Source of the DNA: an uncultured Methanoregulaceae archaeon
GTDB taxonomy: Archaea > Halobacteriota > Methanomicrobia > Methanomicrobiales > Methanospirillaceae
Reading direction: 5' to 3'
Length of the DNA: 64,000 nucleotides
Assembly: GCA_963701095.1 (NCBI GenBank)
Contig: OY969564.1
Coordinates: forward strand, 2,272,001-2,336,000
The notes under the pieces are model-generated. The model was given only the letters and a program-made list of their open reading frames with translations, searched no databases and was not told the origin of the DNA. The translations under genes and the position numbers were made by a program. Positions 21,214 through 32,833 of the stretch are shown piece by piece; the stretch's first letter is position 1; each line of letters opens with the position of its first letter.

Positions 21214-21694
21214 GGATATAGTCCCTGGCAAGTCTGACGTATGACTGCGCATTTTCGACGATATGGTCCCGTTGGATCTCGGTCGTCTCTTTGATTACTT
21301 TTCCCGGAACACCGAGCACGAGTGAACCCGCCGGTACCTGCATGCCCTCGGTAACAACCGCTCCAGCGCCGATAATGGAATATTCGCCGACTGTTGCACC
21401 GTTTAACACAATCGCCCCCATGCCAATAAGTACCCGGTCCCCGATGGTGCACCCATGAAGGATTGCCCCGTGGCCTATAGATACATCGCACCCGACTGTT
21501 GTCGGAAATCCGGCACTGGTATGGACGACGCAGTTATCCTGGATATTCGACCGGTCACCAATGACGATCCGGTCTTTGTCGGCCCGGATGACCGCGCCAA
21601 ACCATATCCCGACATCCTTGCCAACGGTTATTTTGCCAATCACCGTCGCGTTGGGTGCACACCAGAGAGGTGTACCCGCGATCTTCGCATCCAT
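21206..21694 (-). CDS. Gamma-class carbonic anhydrase family protein
   Basis: IWFGAVIRAD, SNIQDNCVVH, GHGAILHGC hexapeptide repeats. Confidence 0.9.
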   Translation of the reverse strand: MDAKIAGTPLWCAPNATVIGKITVGKDVGIWFGAVIRADKDRIVIGDRSNIQDNCVVHTSAGFPTTVGCDVSIGHGAILHGCTIGDRVLIGMGAIVLNGATVGEYSIIGAGAVVTEGMQVPAGSLVLGVPGKVIKETTEIQRDHIVENAQSYVRLARDYIHG

Positions 21695-21730
21695 ACCCAT
21701 AATACCATAGGAACTTAACGTACAGACAGT

Positions 21731-22228
21731 ATGAAGGTTATGGTAGGGGGCACTTTCGATCCCCTGCACGACGGACATAAACGCCTTTTGACCCGGTCGT
21801 TCGAACTTGCCGGACCCGAAGGTCAGGTCGTCATCGGGCTTACGACCGACTCGTTTGCAAGCCGAAAAACCCATCCGATCCACCCGTTTGCCGAGCGTGA
21901 AGCCGATCTTGAAAAGTTCATAACGGGGGCTATCTCAACCCATGCCCTCCAGAAAAAGTATGCCACTCGCTGGGAAATTGAGCCTCTTGGTGACCGTTAC
22001 GGTTCGGCACTGGATACCGATTTTGATGCTATTGTTGTATCTGAGGAAACCCTGCCGGTCGCAGTAGAGATAAACAAGTTGCGGCGTGAACGAAAGCTAC
22101 GTAAAGTTGATATTCACCAGATTACGTGCGTGCTGGCCGAAGATGGTCGTTGGATTTCCTCAACCAGGATCTGGCGTGGCGAGATCGATATCCACGGTCA
22201 CTTGATCCAAACACATTCGCATGTATAA
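21731..22228 (+). CDS. coaD: Phosphopantetheine adenylyltransferase
   Basis: GGTFDPLHDGH, IVVSEET, ISSTRI. Confidence 0.92.
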   Translation: MKVMVGGTFDPLHDGHKRLLTRSFELAGPEGQVVIGLTTDSFASRKTHPIHPFAEREADLEKFITGAISTHALQKKYATRWEIEPLGDRYGSALDTDFDAIVVSEETLPVAVEINKLRRERKLRKVDIHQITCVLAEDGRWISSTRIWRGEIDIHGHLIQTHSHV

Positions 22229-22238
22229 AGAGGCCTGG

Positions 22239-22729
22239 TTATATGATGAAACTGGTGAGGTCTTTGGTAATGACGGAATCACAGTAAATACAACGGAGAC
22301 CTTTCCCGTCAGGGAGCACTGCAAACCTGCTACGAATCGGTTCGTTGGTCCGGGTGATACAGCCGGGATTTGGACATCGTACGCTTCCGACGATCAGCGT
22401 AGGAATTTCGACACCCTTCTTTTCGCAGACTTTATAGTTCCTGACAATGTTGATAGTTGCCCGGGGCGAGATAAGTGCAATACGGTCGACCTCTTCTTTG
22501 GAAAGCTCACGGTCGGAAATCTTGACAATATCCTTCATACCCATGTTCTTACTGGGGACATTGGTCGCTATTGTAAGCGCTTCTGTGGTTGTCCCGACAA
22601 TGCCAAGAATCTTTACAACGTTAAGTGCTTCGCCACCGTCGATGTGATCTATCACGGTCCCGTTCTTGATACGCCGGACAAGAAGACCTTCTCCATCCTC
22701 ATTGTTGGTGTCGGGAGACGCTAAGTGTT

Positions 22730-22733
<4 letters not shown>
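22239..22733 (-). CDS. pyrI: Aspartate carbamoyltransferase regulatory chain
   Basis: IKNGTVIDHI, CPNPGCIT, CIYC. Confidence 0.95.
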
Positions 22734-23629
<896 letters not shown>

Positions 23630-23794
23630 CTCCTCCCGCGCGGTGTTTCCTTCAGGATCATATGAACGTTCCGCCCTAATGTACCTATCTTCATTTTTTC
23701 CCTACACAAAAGATAGCACGACAGCAATGATATTATCGGATTGTATCTATTAACTTTGAAAGGCGTTTTGTTTTTAAAGGGGAATGAAAAAAGC

Positions 23795-24886
23795 ATGCAG
23801 ATACCAATAGCGCGGCCGGTAATTGGCCCGGATGAGGTGGCGGCAGTATCGGATGTTTTGAAGTCCGGAATGCTCGCACAAGGCGATAAAGTTGCAGAAT
23901 TCGAGCAGAAATTTGCCACGTACTGTGGCACCGCACAAGCTGTCGCTGTCAGCAACGGTACCACTGCACTCCATGCCGCCCTTCTGGCATGCGATATCGG
24001 TCCCGGCGATGAAGTAATTGTTCCTGCATTTTCATTTATTGCTACTGCCACCGCCGTTTCGATGTGCGGTGCAAAACCTGTTTTTGCCGATGTAGACGAG
24101 CAGACTTTCAATATCCGACCGGATCAGGTAAATGAACGTAGAACGTCAAAGACAAAGGCAGTCATAGGTGTCCATCTTTTCGGCCAGCCGTTCGATGTCG
24201 ATTCCATCCAGGAAATCTGCGAGGAGCATAACCTTGTCCTTTTAGAGGACGCAGCACAAGCTCATGGGGCCCAGTACCATGGTGTCAAAGTAGGTAATTT
24301 CGGCAAAGCCGGGTGTTTCTCGTTCTATGCCACTAAAAATATGATCACCGGGGAGGGTGGGATGATTACCACCAGCGACAAACCGACTGCTGACCGGCTC
24401 AGACTCCTCATCAACCACGGCCAAAGCGAGAAATACCTTCACACCGTGCTTGGTTATAATTACCGGATGACTGATATTGCCGCGGCTATCGGTATTGTGC
24501 AGCTTAAAAAACTGGACAAATTCAATCAGCGCCGGAGAAAAAACGCAGATTACTATGCGGCGAACCTTACGGCAAAAGGCCTTAAAAAACCCGTGGTTTC
24601 TGACAATGTTACGCATGTATACCATCAGTACGTCGTCCGGCTCACTGATGAGTTCCCTCTTTCGCGGACCGCGTTTATGGACTATCTTAAAGGAAAAGGT
24701 ATCGGATCGGCAGTGCACTACCCCATTCCGATCCACCGGCAACCCCTATATGCACCGGTAGCAGAACCAGATCCCTGCCCGGTGGCTACTCAGCTTTCTT
24801 CATCGGTGCTCTCATTGCCGGTACACCCGTCACTTGATACAAAAGATCTTGCATATGTCTGCGAAACCGTAAATAAGGTGAAATAA
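23795..24886 (+). CDS. DegT/DnrJ/EryC1/StrS aminotransferase (WbpE-like)
   Basis: NGTTALH, EDAAQAHGA, SFYATKNMITGEGG, GYNYRM. Confidence 0.92.
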   Translation: MQIPIARPVIGPDEVAAVSDVLKSGMLAQGDKVAEFEQKFATYCGTAQAVAVSNGTTALHAALLACDIGPGDEVIVPAFSFIATATAVSMCGAKPVFADVDEQTFNIRPDQVNERRTSKTKAVIGVHLFGQPFDVDSIQEICEEHNLVLLEDAAQAHGAQYHGVKVGNFGKAGCFSFYATKNMITGEGGMITTSDKPTADRLRLLINHGQSEKYLHTVLGYNYRMTDIAAAIGIVQLKKLDKFNQRRRKNADYYAANLTAKGLKKPVVSDNVTHVYHQYVVRLTDEFPLSRTAFMDYLKGKGIGSAVHYPIPIHRQPLYAPVAEPDPCPVATQLSSSVLSLPVHPSLDTKDLAYVCETVNKVK

Positions 24887-24887
24887 T

Positions 24888-25808
24888 ATGGATGTCGGGG
24901 TTATCGGCGTCGGTTCTATGGGAAGAAACCATGTCCGTGTCTACTCAGAACTCAAAAGTGTAGCTCATCTCGGGGTTTGCGATGTGAATATGCAGGCAGC
25001 TACCGATATAGGCACTCAACACGGTGCTACTGCATATAAGACGGTTGACGACCTGCTTAACCATGTGGATGCGGTAAGTGTTTGTGTGCCGACTCAATTC
25101 CATGCGGCAGTCGCCCGGCAGGTCTTCCTCGCTGGAAAACATGCTTTTATCGAAAAACCGATTTGTGCAACTGCTAAAGAGGCACAAACGCTCATGGCCT
25201 GTGCCCCGGCAGGTACCACTATAGGTGTTGGCCATATCGAGCGGTTTAATCCTATCGTTTCTGAGATAAAAAAGATCGTCACCAATCCTTTGTTCATCGA
25301 GATGAAACGGCACAACCCGGCGTCAGCCCGGGTCACGGGGAGTTCTGTCGTGGAAGACCTGATGATCCATGATATCGACATTATTCTTAACGCGTTTATG
25401 AAAACCCCAAGCAATGTCCATTCCGTTGGAAATGGTGACCTGTGCAGTGTGCTTATGGAGTGCGACGGTGTGCCGGTAGCGCTCTCGGCAAGCCGCAAAG
25501 CATCCAAGAAGATCCGTATGATCTATATTGAAGAAGAGGATTTCACCGTTGAAGGAGACTTCATGAGCCAGGAAGTGACGATTTATCGCAAACCCGGCCA
25601 GTACCAATTCGAAAATGAACGATATGTCCAGGAAAACATCATCGAAAAAGTAACTGTCAATAAAGTTGAACCTCTTAAAGTGGAGCTGGCGACGTTTATT
25701 TCCTGCGCTCAGAACCACCTGCAGTTCCCGGTCACCCCGGAACAGGCAATCCGTAACCTCGTCTTGAGCGAAGAAATTCAGGCGGGTTTCCTTCCCGGGG
25801 TAGTGTGA
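24888..25808 (+). CDS. Gfo/Idh/MocA oxidoreductase (WbpB-like)
   Basis: GVGSMG..H, EKP, GHIERFNP, DLMIHDID. Confidence 0.88.
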   Translation: MDVGVIGVGSMGRNHVRVYSELKSVAHLGVCDVNMQAATDIGTQHGATAYKTVDDLLNHVDAVSVCVPTQFHAAVARQVFLAGKHAFIEKPICATAKEAQTLMACAPAGTTIGVGHIERFNPIVSEIKKIVTNPLFIEMKRHNPASARVTGSSVVEDLMIHDIDIILNAFMKTPSNVHSVGNGDLCSVLMECDGVPVALSASRKASKKIRMIYIEEEDFTVEGDFMSQEVTIYRKPGQYQFENERYVQENIIEKVTVNKVEPLKVELATFISCAQNHLQFPVTPEQAIRNLVLSEEIQAGFLPGVV

Positions 25809-27238
25809 TGACGCTTCAGGCGCAGATCGACAACCGCGGTCCCATAAAAAAGATTGGCGTTATCGGCATGGGATATGTCGGTATACCGGCAGCGGTACTT
25901 TTCGCCAACTCCCCGTATTTTTCTCACGTGTACGGGTTTCAGAGGGATTCACCCTCGTCGGGACATAAGATCGCGATGCTCAACCGGGGGGAAAGCCCGC
26001 TTAAAGGCGAGGAACCGGATCTTGAAGACCTCCTTGGAAAAGTGGTAAATGAAAAAAAGTTCGAATGTACAAGCGATTTTACTAAAATTGCCGGACTTGA
26101 CGCTGTTACCCTTTCCATCCAGACACCCTTTAAGAACAAGGAGGACCTTATCCCGGATTTCTCAGCTTTATATGAAGGTATCCGGAATGTGGGTCGCAAC
26201 CTCAGGCCGGGAATGCTTGTGGTTCTTGAATCCACCATCACCCCGGGAACAACAGCCGGCCCGGCTAGCGTTATGCTTGAAGAAGAATCCGGACTTGTTG
26301 CCGGTATCGATTTTGCTCTTGCTCATGCTCCTGAACGGGTGATGGTAGGCCGGCTGATCCGAAATATCAGAGAACATGACCGTGTTGTCGGAGGCATTGA
26401 TCCGGTGAGCACGGCCCGGGCGGTAGAATTGTATTCTCCTGTTCTTACTATCGGAAAAGTGATCCCGATGACAGCAACAGCGGCTGAGGTCACAAAAACA
26501 GCCGAGAACACGTTCCGGGATCTCCAGATCGCGGCGGCAAACCAGCTGGCCCTTTACTGCGAGGCAATGGGTATCAACTTTTACGATGTGAGGGCAGGTA
26601 TCGACAGCCTCAAAGGTGAAGGGATCACACGGGCAATGCTCTGGCCTGGCGCAGGAGTTGGCGGCCATTGTCTTACCAAAGACACCTACCATCTCGAACG
26701 CGGCGTACAACAGCTGGGTAACAGCGACCTCGATTACCCGGAACGACAGCCTTCGCTGTTTGTACTTGCACGTACCATCAACGATTTCATGCCCCGGCAT
26801 ATGGTCAGGCTCACAAAAGACGGTCTGGACCTTGCGAGTATTTCGGTAAAAGGAGCAAAAATTGCGCTCCTTGGATGGGCATTCCTTTCCAACTCTGATG
26901 ATACGAGAAACACCCCTTCAGAACCGTACCGTGACGCCATGATCGCAGCAGGAGCCACGGTTGCCGTCCATGATCCGTATGTGGATCATGCTCCGGGTAT
27001 ATCTTTGATGCCCTCGCTTGAAGAGACGATACGGGGTGCAGATGCTGTTGTCATCTTTGCCGGTCACCACCAATACCGTTCACTTGACCCTTGTGAAATT
27101 AAGACCCTTACCGGAAAAAAGCACCCGGTCATTGTGGATGGGAGAAATATGGTTGACCCCGAAGCCTTCATAGCAAATGGGTTTATCTACAGGGGGATAG
27201 GTCGCGGTGACAAAAACAACCACCCTGTAAGGAATTGA
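25805..27238 (+). CDS. Nucleotide-sugar (UDP-GlcNAc/ManNAc) dehydrogenase
   Basis: GMGYVG, ESTITPGTT, PERV, GVGGHCL, DDTRNTP. Confidence 0.92.
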   Translation: MMTLQAQIDNRGPIKKIGVIGMGYVGIPAAVLFANSPYFSHVYGFQRDSPSSGHKIAMLNRGESPLKGEEPDLEDLLGKVVNEKKFECTSDFTKIAGLDAVTLSIQTPFKNKEDLIPDFSALYEGIRNVGRNLRPGMLVVLESTITPGTTAGPASVMLEEESGLVAGIDFALAHAPERVMVGRLIRNIREHDRVVGGIDPVSTARAVELYSPVLTIGKVIPMTATAAEVTKTAENTFRDLQIAAANQLALYCEAMGINFYDVRAGIDSLKGEGITRAMLWPGAGVGGHCLTKDTYHLERGVQQLGNSDLDYPERQPSLFVLARTINDFMPRHMVRLTKDGLDLASISVKGAKIALLGWAFLSNSDDTRNTPSEPYRDAMIAAGATVAVHDPYVDHAPGISLMPSLEETIRGADAVVIFAGHHQYRSLDPCEIKTLTGKKHPVIVDGRNMVDPEAFIANGFIYRGIGRGDKNNHPVRN

Positions 27239-27254
27239 CGCAATTGAAAAGATA

Positions 27255-27352
27255 GATGATGCCTAAAAGGAACGGGGGCTGTCTGCCTTGTATGGGGCTT
27301 TGGAGGAGGCTTGCCGGGAGAGGGTTTCCGGTGCGTCCCCGTTCCTTTCCGA
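27255..27352 (-). ncRNA. Candidate small RNA with 12-bp closing stem and C-rich loop
   Basis: Perfect inverted repeat 27266-27277/27337-27348; minus-strand TATAAA at 27380-27375; T-rich 3' end. Confidence 0.5.
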
Positions 27353-27553
27353 TAACATCTTATACAGACGTTTCTTTATAGCGTGCCTGTGCTTTCCCAG
27401 GCCTATTTTTTAGGTTAGTTCCATCAGTATATAAGGAAAAGGAACCGGGCAAAAACGAGGGCGTTTTTTTCCAACGTTATATCGGATTTGTTTACTAACC
27501 AAAATAAATCCGGAATCTATATGTTAGGGTTTGCTCCAACGTCTAACAAGACG

Positions 27554-29169
27554 ATGTATCCTGACCGGGCGACATTTGAGCGGATGGTGAATGACGAGCC
27601 GGATCTTTCTTTTGCCGCAAAGGAGACTCTCCTAGTATTATATGACGGTCCATTGAAGATCCGGCAGATCCTTTCCCGTATTCATTCCCTTTCAGAACCA
27701 AGGCCGGAAAACAGGGAAAAAGATCATCACCTATCAGAATCTGCACTCAGGAAACGCCTCGATCAGCTGATTGACCGGGGGATCCTTGCCCGGGCAGCGA
27801 GCGAACGGACAAACCCGTACTATTTCATCCGCCGTCCCTGGCTCTTTAACCGTTATATTAGTATCAGGTGCCGGGACGACCCGACCGGAGAACTCCTCGA
27901 TCTCAAGATACTTCTTGGTGAAATTACTCGCGGAACTGCCGAACCAATCCAGCCTAGAGTGATCGCAACCATAGGTCAACGAACGGAACGAAGCCACGAA
28001 ATTGCAGCAGCCTTTGAAACGTTTCAGAAAAACGTCGGCAACCCGGCCGCCCTTAATGACTATCTTGAAGGGATCTACGCGGACATCTTTTTTGGGAACG
28101 TCCCTGCAAGCGACATCGATGGATCGCTTGCCCGGGATTTTATCCGATTTGTTGCAACAGCTTCTCCGCTTGAACAGGAAACAAGATTCTTTTTCTGGTA
28201 CGCAGAGTTCTTTTTGAGTTTAGACCTGTACGAGGAAGCATTCGGGGTCTTTAATCTAGGAACAGGCCTTGCTGAAGCCAGGGATCTCGACCCTTCCGCG
28301 ATCCTTGCAGGATCACGGATCTCGCGGGGTACTATCCTCATGCACTTAAACGATTTCACTGGTGCAAAGGAAGCATTCCTTGTCGGCACTAGGAGTGAGA
28401 CATACGGCCCGTTTGCAGCAGCAAAAAACTTGTTCGGCGCCGGGGAAATCGAGCTGATTTGCGGGGATATCGGCCCCACTCGCGCCCGGCCCGGTTTTCC
28501 CAAGCGCTTGAACTCATCAAAATTGCCGATGCCGAAAATAGCAACCCTGATGTCGAAGAACTCCGGGGAGACATCCTGTGCAGGACAGGAGCTTTCCGCC
28601 GCCTCACCGGAGAAATGGATGGGGCATGCACCTGTTACAATGCCGCAGAGTCAGTCTACCGTCACGATCTCTTCCGGGGCCGGTCTGCCTTGTTATTAGA
28701 ACAGGCGGAACTGGCCCGGGCCCGTGCCTGCACCGGTACCGGTGAGGAGAACTTGCTTGTACGGTCTGCATGCCTGTACGAGGAAGCTAAGGCTGCAGCC
28801 CAACGCATCCGTAGCCTCAAAAGGTTTGCTGAGGCCCTTATTGGGGAGTGCGAATTAGCACGAACCGCGTACCGGCACTTTGAGAGACCGCTGCCCCGAG
28901 ACATAGATACTAAATATTTAAACGCGTTTGATATTTTCTGTCAGATTGGTTTAACGTGGGGTATTGCACAGTGCTTTCTTTCGGAAGCACTCCTCTATCA
29001 TACTTCTGCAGATGAGTTCCCGGACAAATACGCGGATACCGCTGATAAATTGATCCAGGCCGAAATATATTCCCGGGGACTAGGTCTTGCACCAGAACTC
29101 GCTCTCATCCGTCGCATCAAATCGCATGCACCCGTGGCGTCCGAGATCCATCCCCTCGTTTTTTTATAA
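27554..29169 (+). CDS. wHTH plus TPR-like putative regulator (frameshift near 28490)
   Basis: LSESALRKRLDQLIDRGIL HTH-like segment; helical TPR-like repeats continue across ORFs 27488-28699 and 28459-29169. Confidence 0.65.
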
Positions 29170-29501
29170 TATCCTTTGTGCCTCTACTTATAATGCAAAA
29201 TATGCTTCTACCGGGCCATACCACAGAGTAATTGTGATGAACAAAAGGATAGCTGCCATGTGAATGCCAAGAGGGATCTTCAGCGGCCTTTTGAAAGGTT
29301 TCGAATTTACGCGTATTTTATAATGCGTCATCGTTTGTTCCTCGGTTTGGATAATTGACCTATGCTAGTTTATTGAAATCGTGTTATAAAGTGAAGGATT
29401 CTGGAAATAAAGAGGCATCAATTTTCCCGGAGTTTTTTTTGTAAAAGACAAAGTATAAGTATTCAAAGATATTAAGCAATTTATTTACTGGCGGTAATGG
29501 G

Positions 29502-29861
29502 ATGGCACAAACATTATTAAAACCGATTTTGAATGAGTTTTTGAAAATAGACGGAGTATCAGCAGCAGTAATTGCGGGGACGGACGGTTTTGTTATTGAG
29601 AGTGCAGTTTCAGGAAAATTCGATATAGAAGCTCTTGCGGCCATGGCATCCACAGGTCTTGGCACATCTGGAGCAATGGGCTCATCACTGGAAAAAGGAC
29701 AACTGGCCCAGATGCTGGTCGAACTTGAAAAAGGTCCTATCCTCCTTTCACCCCTATCCGAAGATGAACTTATTGCAATTGTAGCAGACGAATCCGCTAA
29801 TATTGGAAGAATACGCTACGATCTCAAGAAAAACAGGGATCGGATCATTGCAGCACTGTGA
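29502..29861 (+). CDS. Roadblock/LC7 (MglB-like) protein
   Basis: IDGVSAAVIAGTDGFVIES...EALAAM...NIGRIRY. Confidence 0.9.
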   Translation: MAQTLLKPILNEFLKIDGVSAAVIAGTDGFVIESAVSGKFDIEALAAMASTGLGTSGAMGSSLEKGQLAQMLVELEKGPILLSPLSEDELIAIVADESANIGRIRYDLKKNRDRIIAAL

Positions 29862-29985
29862 TTTTGGATATTCTCAGGCGACAACTCCACAGCCTTTGCT
29901 CAGTTCACCTGCCGGTATTTTCCTTATTTTTTTGACAACTTTCAAGTCGAAATATTTTAATTGCATTATACCAGAATAATCGTTC

Positions 29986-31104
29986 ATGAAGATTGGACGA
30001 GAAGATTTTGAAGCTTTCCTTAAAGGAGAAAAAGATATCCGGCCTTACATTGAACTGGATCCTGTTGCCGGTTCATATTCAGTTTTTGGCGTCAAGACTG
30101 CAAGCAATCCAAATTATCTGGTAAAAGCAATTTACGAGATGTATGAAAGCAACCTTGACAAAAAGCTTGCTGTGCAGGCAGTAAGAAAACTTTTCCGCTC
30201 AGTAGGTATGGGATCGGTGGGCCTTAATAACCTGTTAAAAAAACTGGACCTGAATCTTTCCCCGGCCGAATTTCTTATGCTTGTATTCAAGCTCCAGCAC
30301 CAGCAGGGCTGGGGAGCTCCATTTGAGCTTATAGAGCAGAGCGATAAACGGATACGGCTACGTACCAAACAGACCTTTGAATCACAGATCATGAAAGACT
30401 GGAACATGGCAGTCTGTGGTATCCACCAGGGATGGATTGAAGGTATTCTTTTTGCGGCAACCGGTAAGAACTGGTTCTGCCTCGAGACAAAGTGTCATGC
30501 GAAAGGCGATGATGTCTGTGAATTTGTTGCCGACCAGGTTGAATCCAGCTGGAGGTTCAAAGCACAGGCAATTGTAAAAGGGGATTCGGCTATAACGGAA
30601 TATATCGAACACAAACCCCTCAACGGTACTATAAAACTGATTGATGATCCCGTTGTCATGATGCCACGGTTCATTTTCACCTCAATGATGAACTCTTTAA
30701 AAAAGACCATGGGCGAGATGCCCGCAGGAGGGGTCAACTATCGGGCATATATGGAGATGGGCAAAGAAAATGTCGAGCATTACAAGAAGATGGGGATCGA
30801 CAAACCCAACATTCTCTCAGATATGGCTTTTGCCTTCTATTCCCAGATGGGATGGTTCAGTGTCCTTAAAACTGAATGGAATGAGGCTACAAAGACAAAG
30901 ACCATGACGCTTACCCATACAGTCGAATCCGAAGCTTTTGGTAATACCGGGAAAAACGTATGTTTCTGTACCGCCGGGCTTCTTGCGGGTATCATTGAAG
31001 GATCCTTTGGCATTAAAGTGCAGGCAAAAGAAATTAAATGCCGGTCAAAAGGCGATGAATATTGCGTATTTGCGATTACCAACAAAACTGAAAATTCACA
31101 ATAA
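29986..31104 (+). CDS. Tandem V4R-domain protein
   Basis: Two repeats with GWG/GWF, VC...G...G and E.KC...GD..C.F signatures. Confidence 0.85.
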   Translation: MKIGREDFEAFLKGEKDIRPYIELDPVAGSYSVFGVKTASNPNYLVKAIYEMYESNLDKKLAVQAVRKLFRSVGMGSVGLNNLLKKLDLNLSPAEFLMLVFKLQHQQGWGAPFELIEQSDKRIRLRTKQTFESQIMKDWNMAVCGIHQGWIEGILFAATGKNWFCLETKCHAKGDDVCEFVADQVESSWRFKAQAIVKGDSAITEYIEHKPLNGTIKLIDDPVVMMPRFIFTSMMNSLKKTMGEMPAGGVNYRAYMEMGKENVEHYKKMGIDKPNILSDMAFAFYSQMGWFSVLKTEWNEATKTKTMTLTHTVESEAFGNTGKNVCFCTAGLLAGIIEGSFGIKVQAKEIKCRSKGDEYCVFAITNKTENSQ

Positions 31105-31178
31105 TACGTCACTTTTTTCGTTTTCCGGATCTCTCTGGAATTATGGTGCAGTTTCGGTCTGAATATCAGGAAAGGTTA

Positions 31179-31730
31179 TCAGAGAAGGATCCCGGTAAGG
31201 ATCCTTATGCCCATCAGGATAAGGATAATACCGCCGACAATATCAGATTTATTGCCAAGGATCCGCTCAAATCGCTTCCCCGCCATGACGCCAATAAAAG
31301 AGCAGGTGAACGCAACAATGCCTATGATTAAAGCGGGCAGGAAAACAGGCGATTTAAGGATACCAAACGACATCCCGGCGGGGAAAGCGTCAATGCTTGT
31401 CGCTATTGAAAGACATATTACGGATACAGGTTGGATTAGTTCGATGCATTCTTCTTTCCGTTTCACACCCTCAATAATCATCTTTACTCCGATCAAGGAC
31501 AGAATTACAAAGGCTATAACCGTACCATACACGGTAACAATATTTGCAAGACTGATCCCGGCAACCCAGCCAAGTAAGGTTATACCTCCCTGAAAAATCC
31601 CAAAACAAAGACCGATTGCTACCGCAGCAGTTAGGAGACGGACTTTTGTGGTTGCACCGATCATAAGGGCAATCGCAAAACAGTCCATCGAAAGACCGAT
31701 ACCGATGAAAACGAAGGTGATAAGATCCAT
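31179..31730 (-). CDS. mntP: Manganese efflux pump MntP
   Basis: GLSMDCFA, ATSIDAF, GGIILILMG. Confidence 0.88.
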   Translation of the reverse strand: MDLITFVFIGIGLSMDCFAIALMIGATTKVRLLTAAVAIGLCFGIFQGGITLLGWVAGISLANIVTVYGTVIAFVILSLIGVKMIIEGVKRKEECIELIQPVSVICLSIATSIDAFPAGMSFGILKSPVFLPALIIGIVAFTCSFIGVMAGKRFERILGNKSDIVGGIILILMGIRILTGILL

Positions 31731-31771
31731 GTTTGTTTCAATCTAGATTGTGGAAATGAATTCGATGACGT

Positions 31772-32495
31772 CTATTTCCGAGCTATAGTAATGTATCCTG
31801 AATGGCTTACGCTTGTAGAAGGACGCGTTCCCCGTTTTGACCGGGTCATTTCCCGTTCGATCAGCTCATGAGTATGGACCTCAGGGAATCGAGATTGTGC
31901 CGCATCGACAACAATGCCCATCTGTTCTAAGAACGGTGTATAGCAGGCAAGATATCCTCCCGCCCGGAGATGGTCATAGGCAAAGTATACATGGTCTGTT
32001 GCAATCTGCATATCGAGGTGAATGACGTCGTACATCCCTTCAGCAGTGAGGACATCACCAGCGATAGCTTCGATGTTCTCTAATTTTGCTTCTTTGATGT
32101 TTTTTAACGCAAGCGCCGAGAACTCAGGCCTAATCTCATAGGTTTTCACACGTGCTGCAATCCCGCCAAAATAGATCGCCGCGACTCCGCTTCCCGTCCC
32201 TGCGTCAAGGACGTCGTCTTTGTGGTTCATACCTGTGTAGGCAATTACAAGGCCGATGTCTTTAGGGAGCATAGGTGCACCGGACCGTTTACCGTGTACG
32301 AAAAAATCAGTGGGCCGGGGATCCGGACCACGAACTGAGCTCCGGTGTGGGTGGTAATTACAGCGCCTGGTTCTGCCCCGATAAGACCGGCAGCTCAATC
32401 TGGCCCTTATCGGTAGATAGCTTTCCCGGGCCAGCCCGGGTGAAAAATTCCCGTCCCTCACCGACTAAAAGGACACGGTCCCCCTCGTCAATCAT
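31772..32495 (-). CDS. trmI: tRNA (adenine-N1)-methyltransferase TrmI/Trm61 family (frameshifted near the 5' end)
   Basis: KRSGAPMLPKDIG, LDAGTGSG, GTRPST..HSGY; N-terminus MIDEGDRVLL in another frame. Confidence 0.85.
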
Positions 32496-32833
32496 GGCGA
32501 AGAGAGTTTCAGGATCGCTTCGGCAATGTCGCCTTTGGTCGTGATCAGTGCTTCCTTGGCTTTTTCCGCAGGTACTTGGGCCTGCTCGGCTACCATAGCG
32601 ATATCTTCTGCGGGGATTTCGACCGCAGCTTCTTCAAACCGGGGGGTTCCCACAATTTGGTAGGTGGTTGCACCCTGCATGGTCATCGCTGTTACTTCGA
32701 CAGGCCCGAACACCCAGTTACCCTTAGGTGTCTTTATTACAATACTTTCGACGTCTTCAATTGGCTCGACCTGCATGCCGAGCTTCTTCATCATCGCTTT
32801 CATCTGGCGTGGATTGATGTTTCCCGGAAGCAT
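32492..32833 (-). CDS. nac: Nascent polypeptide-associated complex protein
   Basis: NPRQMKAMMKKLGM; C-terminal UBA-like GDIAEAILKL. Confidence 0.93.
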   Translation of the reverse strand: MLPGNINPRQMKAMMKKLGMQVEPIEDVESIVIKTPKGNWVFGPVEVTAMTMQGATTYQIVGTPRFEEAAVEIPAEDIAMVAEQAQVPAEKAKEALITTKGDIAEAILKLSSP

